From contig CAJTKX010000005.1 of the NCBI GenBank assembly GCA_910577055.1, positions 116,481 through 180,480 on the forward strand: 64,000 nt of DNA. Direction: 5' to 3'. Origin of the DNA: an uncultured Christensenella sp. Lineage in GTDB: Bacteria > Bacillota > Clostridia > Christensenellales > Borkfalkiaceae. The position numbers and the translations under genes were made by a program. Within the stretch, counting starts at the first letter, position 1, and each line of letters opens with the position of its first letter. Below are positions 8,192-16,300 of this stretch, in pieces. The notes beneath the pieces are model-generated. The model was not told where the DNA came from and did no database searches. It was given only the letters and a program-made list of their open reading frames with translations.

Positions 8192-9547
8192 ATGAAAAAA
8201 ACTTTACCGCAAAACTTAATACGGCTTGCCGAGCGTTGTCCGTATCCGCTGTTCGTGGTAGGGGGAAGAGTGCGCGACTTTATCGCAAAGCTTGCAACGG
8301 ACAAGCCAGATACCGATATTTGCGCCCCCGCGCCCGCCGAGGACTTCGTTTCCCGCGCCAAGGAAGCGGGTTTTACAATCGACGCGGTCTATAAAAATAC
8401 GGGCACGGTCAAGCTTTCTTGCGGCAAAGAGGACTATGAGTTTACCTCGTTCCGTTCGGACGAATATATAAGGGGAGTGCACCGCCCCGTAAACACTTTT
8501 TTTACGGACGATATTTCGCTTGACGCGCGCCGCCGCGACTTTAAATGCAACGCCGTTTATTACGATATAAACGGCGGGAAATTCGTTGACCCTTTGGGTG
8601 GAATCGACGATATAAAAAACCGTGTTTTGTCCACGGTTGCGGCGGCTGAAAAAGTGTTCGGTGAGGACGGTTTGCGTTTAATGCGCCTTGCAAGAATAGC
8701 CGCCGAAACGGGCTTTACGCCCACCGAAGAATGCCTTGACGGCGCGCGCCGCAACGCGGAGTTGATAACCGATATTGCGCCCGAAAGAATATGGGCGGAG
8801 CTTGATAGGATTTTACACGCAAATTTGCGATACGGGCGGGAATATGCCGCAATTAACGGGCTTTCCGTGCTGAAAAAAACGGGTGTTTTCGGGTTGATTC
8901 TGCCCGAGCTTTCCATCGGCGACGGTATGCCGCAAAGAAGCGACATTCACCGCTACGACGTGTTAAAGCATTCCTTTTGCACGGTTAAGTATTCCGACGA
9001 AAAAATCCGCCTTGCCGCGCTTTTGCACGACGTCGGCAAGCCATACTGTATGATAAAAAACGGCAATTTTTACAATCACGAAACAGATGGGGCAAGGATA
9101 GCGGGTGAAATCTGCAACCGCCTTAAAGTTCCCAAAAAATTGACCGAAGAAGTCGTCAAATTGACCGAGCTTCACATGTACGATTTGCGTTGCGACGCGC
9201 GCGAAAACAAGGTTCGCAAATTCATAATTAAAAACCTTAAATATTTTGACAAACTGATGCTTTTAAAACAAGCAGATTTTTCCGCTTGTCGGGACGATTT
9301 ATCACCCGCGCCGTCGGTTGTCAAGATGACTGCGATTTACGAAAAAATGAAAGCCGAAGGCGTGCCTTTAACGTTAAAGCAGCTTGCCGTGCGCGGCGAC
9401 GAACTTATAGCCGCGGGCTGCCCAAAGGAGCGTACGGGTAAGGTCTTGGAAAAACTTTTGCTTGCTTGCGCCGTCGGACAGGTTCGGAACGACAAAGCAA
9501 AACTCGTTTCATACGCGCAAAAATCGGGGCTATTCACTGCAAATTAA
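8192..9547 (+). CDS. cca: CCA tRNA nucleotidyltransferase (class II, polyA-polymerase head + HD domain)
   Basis: It has the GGRVRD motif, ...RRDF.NA, and an HD motif LLHDVGKP. Length is 451 aa. Confidence 0.8.
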   Translation: MKKTLPQNLIRLAERCPYPLFVVGGRVRDFIAKLATDKPDTDICAPAPAEDFVSRAKEAGFTIDAVYKNTGTVKLSCGKEDYEFTSFRSDEYIRGVHRPVNTFFTDDISLDARRRDFKCNAVYYDINGGKFVDPLGGIDDIKNRVLSTVAAAEKVFGEDGLRLMRLARIAAETGFTPTEECLDGARRNAELITDIAPERIWAELDRILHANLRYGREYAAINGLSVLKKTGVFGLILPELSIGDGMPQRSDIHRYDVLKHSFCTVKYSDEKIRLAALLHDVGKPYCMIKNGNFYNHETDGARIAGEICNRLKVPKKLTEEVVKLTELHMYDLRCDARENKVRKFIIKNLKYFDKLMLLKQADFSACRDDLSPAPSVVKMTAIYEKMKAEGVPLTLKQLAVRGDELIAAGCPKERTGKVLEKLLLACAVGQVRNDKAKLVSYAQKSGLFTAN

Positions 9548-9572
9548 AAAACCTATAAAATAAGTTGACAAA

Positions 9573-9665
9573 AAAATTATATTAATGTAGTATAGAAAGG
9601 CACGGTTCGTGCATATGCCTTGCATACCGTAGGAGGTATGCCGATTAAGTCCGGGAGGTGAAAAA
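9573..9665 (+). promoter_or_regulatory. rpsF promoter and structured 5' leader (candidate S6:S18 autoregulatory leader)
   Basis: A TTGACA box is present with stem-loops gcacggttcgtgc and gcatatgc...gcatac before the RBS GGGAGGTG. Confidence 0.35.
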
Positions 9666-9950
9666 ATGAAAACTTACGAGATGATTTACATTCTCGACGC
9701 GTCTTTGGCGGACGAAGCAAAGGAAGCGTTAGGGAAGAAGTTCGAGGACATAGTTACGTCCAAGGGCGGCAGCGTAGTTTCCGTAGACAAGTGGGGCGTT
9801 AAAAAGCTTGCTTACCCCATCAACTACAAGAACGACGGCGACTACACGGTAATGACTTTCGAAGCTGACGGCGCAATAGTTAAGGAACTTGAAAGAATTT
9901 CCGATTTGTCGTCCGAAGTGTTAAGAAGAATGATAACCGTAAAAGCATAA
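9666..9950 (+). CDS. rpsF: 30S ribosomal protein S6
   Basis: MKTYEMIYIL...KLAYPI. It is 94 aa and starts the operon rpsF-ssb-rpsR. Confidence 0.95.
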   Translation: MKTYEMIYILDASLADEAKEALGKKFEDIVTSKGGSVVSVDKWGVKKLAYPINYKNDGDYTVMTFEADGAIVKELERISDLSSEVLRRMITVKA

Positions 9951-10179
9951 AAGATATCTAACAAGACGTTTATATATATAATTAACGGCGCAAGCAAAAC
10001 CACGCTTTTGCGCTCGCGCATCCAATTAGTGCAAGCTTGCACCTCGGCGCGGGTGAAGTTCCGCAATTATATAAGTGTGTGCCACGAATATAGCGGCACA
10101 AGGGGCGAGCAACCCCTAAAAATCACGAAATTTTATTTGCTCGCAAGCATAATAAAATTTGTGAACACAGGAAGAAATT

Positions 10180-10593
10180 ATGAACAAAGTATTTTTAATA
10201 GGGAATTTAACGCGCGACCCCGAGCTTACCGAAACGTCGGGCGGCATCAAAATCTGCCGTTTTGCGATAGCTGTAAACAGAAACTATGCGGGCGGCGACG
10301 GCGAAAGAAAGACCGACTTTTTCAACTGCGTAGCATGGCGCGGCTTGGGCGAAACGGTAGCCCGCTATTCGCGTAAAGGCAACAAAGTTGCTGTTTCGGG
10401 TTCTATCGAACTCAGAAACTACGAGGACAGCCAAGGCGTAAAGCGTACGGGCATCGACATAGTCTGCCAAGACGTAGAGTTTTTAACGCCTAAAAACGGC
10501 GGCGACGATTTTGACGCACCGGCGCCCTCGCAAAGAAGCGGTTCCAAGCCTCAGCTTCAACCCTTCGATGACGACAGCGATATTCCCTTCTGA
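10180..10593 (+). CDS. ssb: single-stranded DNA-binding protein
   Basis: It has an OB fold, [16 protein letters not shown], and an acidic C-terminal tip DDDSDIPF. Confidence 0.95.
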   Translation: MNKVFLIGNLTRDPELTETSGGIKICRFAIAVNRNYAGGDGERKTDFFNCVAWRGLGETVARYSRKGNKVAVSGSIELRNYEDSQGVKRTGIDIVCQDVEFLTPKNGGDDFDAPAPSQRSGSKPQLQPFDDDSDIPF

Positions 10594-10610
10594 TTTTAAG
10601 GAGATTAATT

Positions 10611-10865
10611 ATGGAAGAAAATAAAGTAGCGCCCGCTAAAAAGGCGTATAAAAGATTCCCCCGCAAAAAGGTTTGCGTATTTTGCCAAGAAAAAGTTACG
10701 GTTATCGACTATAAGGATGTTGCAAAACTCAAAAAGTTCGTAACCGAAAGCGGCAAAATGTTGCCCCGCAGAATGAGCGGTACTTGCGCAAAGCACCAAA
10801 GAGAGCTTTCCAAAGCTATCAAGCGCGCAAGAATTGCGGATTTGCTTCCTTTTAAAGGAGACTGA
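10611..10865 (+). CDS. rpsR: 30S ribosomal protein S18
   Basis: CVFCQEKV...[25 protein letters not shown]. Confidence 0.95.
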   Translation: MEENKVAPAKKAYKRFPRKKVCVFCQEKVTVIDYKDVAKLKKFVTESGKMLPRRMSGTCAKHQRELSKAIKRARIADLLPFKGD

Positions 10866-10954
10866 TTTTCAAATTAAAAAGCGTTGCGTAAAAGCGCAAT
10901 TCTAATAGGGATTAAAAAACCAAATTTTTAAGAGTTGTACTTTCAAGCGAGGAC

Positions 10955-10990
10955 AAAAGCTCTCGAACGATATGTTCGAGAGCTTTTTAC
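10955..10990. terminator. bidirectional rho-independent terminator (rpsR / rhomboid)
   Basis: The stem is aagctctcgaac...gttcgagagctt, flanked by A- and T-runs. Confidence 0.75.
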
Positions 10991-11033
10991 TACAAACTAT
11001 TTAGAACGCTAAATTGAAATTTATATTATAAAC

Positions 11034-11822
11034 TTATAAATTGTTGTTTTTTTCATCTTGGGGGTCTGCTTCTGACTGTTCGGATAATTGCATTGCAGGT
11101 GCAAACTTCCCTTTTTTCAACAAAAAGAACGGTAGAATAATAGCGGCGCCTATAATTAACCCCAAAATCAACGCTACGTTATGACAAACCGTCGTCCAAC
11201 CAAAGCTTACAACGTAGGTTGTAAGCACACCGTATATCGCTGATACCATAATTGTAGGCTTACCTATTTGTTTAAAGCTTTTCAAATCGAAAAATATTGC
11301 CGCAAGACACGCGCCCATCAGTCCGTATACTCCACCCGACGCACCTACACTTATGGTAGAGGCAATATTATCCGCCTTATCAGGTGCCATTGCAAGATAC
11401 AGAGGATCGGTAATAAAGCTTTCAATAAATCCCACAAAAAAGAACAACACAGCGGTCATCCACCAACCGAAACGCTTTTCGGTATAATTGCCGATAAAAT
11501 ACAATCCGACAAGATTAGCAATTAAATGCAAAATACCGCCGTGTAAAAGCATTTGAGTAAAATGCCTGTAAATTTGAGTTCCGCTTGGATCAACTATTGC
11601 GCCCATAGCCAAATAATTTGAAAGTAATCCCCCGCAACTTCCGAAAATATAATTTAATACAGATGAGCTATCACTAATCCAGGATGTATACCCTGTGTAC
11701 CCTTCGGGCAACGGTAAATAGCAATCTAATAAATACATGATTATCAATATTACAGATAAAACATTTGTAAAGGTAAAAAGTTTTTTGAAATCAACTTTCT
11801 TTTTCATTATTGTTGCTACCAT
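11034..11822 (-). CDS. rhomboid family intramembrane serine protease
   Basis: It is a polytopic protein with a GASGGVYGLMGA (GxSG) motif and a downstream His in a TM helix. Confidence 0.8.
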   Translation of the reverse strand: MVATIMKKKVDFKKLFTFTNVLSVILIIMYLLDCYLPLPEGYTGYTSWISDSSSVLNYIFGSCGGLLSNYLAMGAIVDPSGTQIYRHFTQMLLHGGILHLIANLVGLYFIGNYTEKRFGWWMTAVLFFFVGFIESFITDPLYLAMAPDKADNIASTISVGASGGVYGLMGACLAAIFFDLKSFKQIGKPTIMVSAIYGVLTTYVVSFGWTTVCHNVALILGLIIGAAIILPFFLLKKGKFAPAMQLSEQSEADPQDEKNNNL

Positions 11823-12081
11823 AAATTACTGTTTATCGTGCAATCATTATATCACGAAAAATGAAAGAATGCAACCGATTGAATTTTTCGGGAAATATAA
11901 AACATATCTATATCTCACTAGGCTACGAGTAGCCTAATTCGTCCACGAAAAAAAGTACAAAAAAGGCACAGCTTAACGCTATGCCTAAATCTTTTTATTT
12001 GCGTTTTATTAAATTCCCTATGGGAATTACCGTAATCGCAACGCTTTTTTTGTTGTTTCAAGCATATATAGGGGGCAATTT

Positions 12082-12753
12082 CTATTTATTGTACTTTCTT
12101 TCACCGAAAATAGCTGTGCCGAGCCTAATCATATTGCTGCCTTCTTCAATACACAGCCGCCAATCTCCGCTCATTCCCATTGACAGATATTTTAAACTTG
12201 CGCCTTTGCCGTTCAACTCGTCGAATTTTTCTCGCATCGCCTTCGCCAAGCGCCTAAGACGCGCCTCGTCATCGCAAAACGGCAGCATAGCCATTAATCC
12301 CTCAACGTTCAGCGCTGGCATCGCGCTTATTTTTTTATACGCGTTTTCGGCTTCTTCAATCGAAAAACCGCCCTTTGTTTCTTCGTTTCCTATATTTATC
12401 TGTATCAAAATATTGCTTTTTAAGCCGGCCGTCGCGCCGCGCCTTGAAAGCTCTTCCGCCAAATTGTATCTGTCAACCGAATGGTAAAGGTCAACCTTTC
12501 CCAAAAGGTACTTAATTTTATTCGTCTGCAAATGCCCTATAAAGTGGCGGCGAGGGTTACCGTTTATCTTTGCGTAATTCTCTCTGAATTCTTGCACATG
12601 GTTATCCCCGATATCGCTTACACCCCCGCATATGGCGCAATTAACGTTATCTGCGGTCTGTAATTTCACAGCCGCAACCAACGTAACCTTTTCGCCGAAC
12701 GGGTTAACTTCGGGTATTTCTTTTAAAAGCTTTTTTACATTTTCTTCAATCAT
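12082..12753 (-). CDS. YggS/YlmE family pyridoxal-phosphate homeostasis protein (PLPBP)
   Basis: It is 223 aa, has the IGHLQTNK motif, and an alanine-racemase-like N-terminal barrel signature. Confidence 0.85.
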   Translation of the reverse strand: MIEENVKKLLKEIPEVNPFGEKVTLVAAVKLQTADNVNCAICGGVSDIGDNHVQEFRENYAKINGNPRRHFIGHLQTNKIKYLLGKVDLYHSVDRYNLAEELSRRGATAGLKSNILIQINIGNEETKGGFSIEEAENAYKKISAMPALNVEGLMAMLPFCDDEARLRRLAKAMREKFDELNGKGASLKYLSMGMSGDWRLCIEEGSNMIRLGTAIFGERKYNK

Positions 12754-12854
12754 AAAAAAATTTTAGCTTAAAATAAAAATACTGTCAAGCCCTTTAAAAA
12801 ATTTCCGCTTAAATCCTTTAACTTTTTAAAAAACTGTGATACAATATAACCGAT

Positions 12855-13073
12855 ATGGAAAAGAACTCGCTTTTGGTTTTGATATTCGAGGGAGTGTGCG
12901 GGCTTGTCTGCATAGGACTCGGAATCTATTACATCTGTTGCGAAAAGACTACGCAAGCCGCCGTGTTTTTGGTGGTTGGAGCGGTATGCATCGTCATTGC
13001 CGTGCGCACTTTCATAACTATGCGCAAAAGCAAAAAGAACAAAGACAAAAACGAAAGTGACAAAACCAAATAA
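12855..13073 (+). CDS. small 2-TM membrane protein with lysine-rich C-terminal tail (hypothetical)
   Basis: This 72-aa ORF is followed immediately by a strong terminator. A candidate extended -10 promoter lies upstream. The RBS is weak. Confidence 0.35.
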   Translation: MEKNSLLVLIFEGVCGLVCIGLGIYYICCEKTTQAAVFLVVGAVCIVIAVRTFITMRKSKKNKDKNESDKTK

Positions 13074-13079
13074 TCGACA

Positions 13080-13110
13080 GCCTTGCCAACGTCGGCAAGG
13101 CTTTTTTTTG
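13080..13110 (+). terminator. rho-independent terminator
   Basis: The stem gccttgcc-aacgtc-ggcaaggc is followed by a T8 run. Confidence 0.8.
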
Positions 13111-13130
13111 CGTTTTTTCCATTATATAAT

Positions 13131-13335
13131 ATTGTGAGTCGACACTCAATTTGTCATATTGTCATAGAAAAATATGACAATAATTCCAAAATTTTAGAGA
13201 TTGTGGCATTAAAATGGGCAAAAATTGAAAAAATAATTAATTTTTGACAAAAAAATATCATATATTTTCATTACAAACTTGACAAATTGTCATAAAAGTA
13301 ATAGACTTATAACATAATAAACTAAGGTATAATTC
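13131..13335 (+). promoter_or_regulatory. AT-rich promoter/operator region of the giant gene
   Basis: A perfect palindrome ATTGTCATA-gaaaaa-TATGACAAT lies at 13158-13181, with an extra tandem TTGTCATA half-site. A quasi-palindrome around GTCGAC lies at 13131-13150. A third AATTGTCATA copy overlaps a TTGACA box (13279-13294). A TATAAT lies at ~13329. Confidence 0.5.
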
Positions 13336-13362
13336 GGTAAGTGTGCTTATCGAGGGAAATAT

Positions 13363-16300
13363 ATGGCAAAAAGAACGAAAAAAACTCAACTTGAAGGACT
13401 GCATGAGGTAAAAGGTGCGGGTTACACAGAGACCAAAAAGGTCAAACGTGATAAAACCGTCAACCGCCGCGCGGGACTTCACGATAAAATTAAAAAATCA
13501 GAAGGCGAGGTACGCGTAAAAAGGCGTAAGCCCCTCGGTTTAAAGCACGTCCGCCGTATGCGCAAAGTTGCTGCGGTTGCGTCCGTCGGCGTTGTCGGCG
13601 CTATTGCTGTTGTCGGCGTGGGCTTTTTGGCTCCCGCTAAGGACGTTCAGCGCGACGAAGACTTTAAAACCGTATGTTTGGTCGCACCCACCGACGGCAC
13701 TAAACCCACCGACCACACACTTGTGGAAAACGTAGGCTATATGAACTACGTCCTCCAAAATCAGCCGTATTGGTCGTCGGTCGGCAAGTCAACCGTTATT
13801 GCAAACGTGGGCGTTTCCTCTACACAGACAGTCGATACCTATAAACAGTACTATAACGACGTGCTCATTCAAACGGATATCGCGCTCAATTCCACGCTTG
13901 CTTCCCTTAACTACGGAGAGCAATTCTGTCAAACCGACGGAGTTGTATTAACGCGCAAGTCAACCTCTAAATCCGAAGAGGAATTAAAAAGAGGCGTTAA
14001 CGCGCCTTGGTCTGCCGGTCCCGCGACGGGTTGGACGGTTAAAGGGTTTAAGGCAAACCGCGGTTTCCCCCCGTACGAATTCTCCGTTTACGTCCTTAAC
14101 GAAAAAACAATCGCCAACGCACAAGACTATACGGTTGTCGATAACCAAGACGGCACATATTCGATGACGCTTGAACTCAACGTCAATACCGGCGTAGACG
14201 AAACAAGCGCGGAGTATTATTATGTATTGCAAATGAAGGCAAACGGTAACCTTTACGATTTGCCTACCATTTTCAAAACCACTGTAACATATACTTTTGA
14301 CGAAAATTGGCGCGTGCTTTCTTGTGAATCCGGCGATACCAACAAAACTACCCCGTCGCTTGGTTTAACCGCAAATTGTACTTCGAATTCAAAAACTTCG
14401 TACTATTATGACGAAGCTTCGGCTAAAAACACATTTTGGGAAGATTACTATAAAGGCGAGTACGATAGGCAGAAGGACGCTTTAAAGGACGACGAAACGG
14501 CGTCGGAAGGAAACGCCGACACGGCATTCGGTTATCTTTCAAGTGCGTTTGCAAGCGTTCTGTCTGAAGGCGCGGTATTCAAAATAGACTTAAATATAGA
14601 CGAGCTCGATTTAAGTGGCGTCGTAAGCGTTGAAATGGCGGACAGCTCGCTTAGCGGTTTGACCGCAAAGCTCGGCGATTTCCTTGCTTGGCTTGACGGC
14701 GACACGCTTTACATAACCGACGGTTCTTCTAAATATAAATTGAATATAGGCGGCTTATTCTCTTCGGACGAAAGCGGAGAGGAGGGTATTAACGCGCAAG
14801 GACTTACCGACGGACTTGACGTCAACGCTTTAATGGAGCAAATGACTGACGGCGAGTTTGTCGTTGACGCCGAAACGGGCGTTGCAACTCTTGTGTCCGA
14901 AGTTGAGCTTTTCGGGCTTAAAATCGATATGCAGTTCGAGTTCCAAAAAAGCGAAAGCGGAATTGCGCTCAACTTCTTAAAGGCTCAAATTCCCCTTGGC
15001 GATAAGACGGTAAACGCACAGCTTTGTTTCGGTACGGAAAGCGACAAACCGGCCATTCCTACCGATACTTCCGATTATCAAGACATCTTAAACGACGGGA
15101 TAACCTTTGACGTCAACGCTGAAATCGACGGGCTTGCGCTTGACGGAATTGCCAAAATATTTATGCGCGACGGACAGCCTTTTGCCGTAGACGCAATACT
15201 CGGTAATTTTGAGGTTTACTATAATTGCCCCCGTAATATGCTGTATTTAAGCGCGGCAGAGGCAAAGTACAGCCTTGATTTATCCAAGATAAAAACGGGC
15301 GATACCGATATTTCCGCAATTCTCGGTAATATCGATTTCAAATCAATTCTAAATAACCTTACTACGGGTGAAGGCTCCCTCGGTTCAAGCTTTTTAATAA
15401 ATATAGACGCGCTCGAAAGCTTGCTTGAAGTTGCTTTCAACGTCAAGCTCAACGGCGGCTTAACAGTCGGCGCAGACTTAACCTTGGGCAATCATAGCGT
15501 TTCGCTTACCGCGGCGCTAACCAACAAAAAGCTGTTGCCGCCCGACGTTTCGGGCTACAAAGATATCCTCAATACGGATATCACGCTTGACGTAAGTGCG
15601 ACCCTTTTAACGGGACTTTATGATTCGCAAACGGGCACGCGCGATGAGGTTACGCTCAATGGCAAAGTCGCGCTTTGCTTGTCCAACGGTAAGTTGAACG
15701 AAATTCGCGCAGACTTCGGCGGTTTAGCGATTTATTACGAGTTCGCCGCTAACTCGCTATATCTCAAAGTCGGTACCACCAAGGCGCTTATAAGACTTGA
15801 CGAAATCTCCGTAAACGACTTAAATTCTTTGTCTTTAGGCAGCGCCTTCTTATCCGAAGATTTACCCACCGTAATAAACGAGCTTTTGAACAACCTCGTC
15901 ATTGAAAGCAAAATCATTTCCGTCGACGTGAACTTAAACGTAATGGACGCGTTAGTTCCCGTTTGGGCGGAGCTTGACCTTGAAAATTTGAGCGTGCGCG
16001 CTGGGTTTACCGTATTCGGCGTTGACGCGGCTTTGTCAGTAGGTTTAAGCAATACTCCGCTTTACGGTCTTAGCGAAGAAGAAAAGGAAGAATATATCGA
16101 CGTCGTCAAGGACGGCTTTAAAATAATCGACAACCTCATAGGCGACCATATTTCCGCTACCGTACAAGGTTCGGTTTTCTCCTATGAAGATAAATACGGC
16201 GATTACGATAACGAAAAGTACAGCTTCGGCGCTTCCTTGGAATACGATAAGGGCGCAGAAAACTTTGATGAAAACAAGGCTTACGTCCATCTTAACGTCG

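Noticed and set aside
11981-12487. A 168-aa plus-strand ORF.
   Set aside because: It is entirely antisense to the well-supported YggS gene and has low-complexity hydrophobic content. It is spurious.
13363-13560. The basic N-terminal 60 residues of the giant protein considered as a separate small nucleic-acid-binding ORF.
   Set aside because: It is continuous in frame with the TM helix and ectodomain, and no internal start/RBS separates them.
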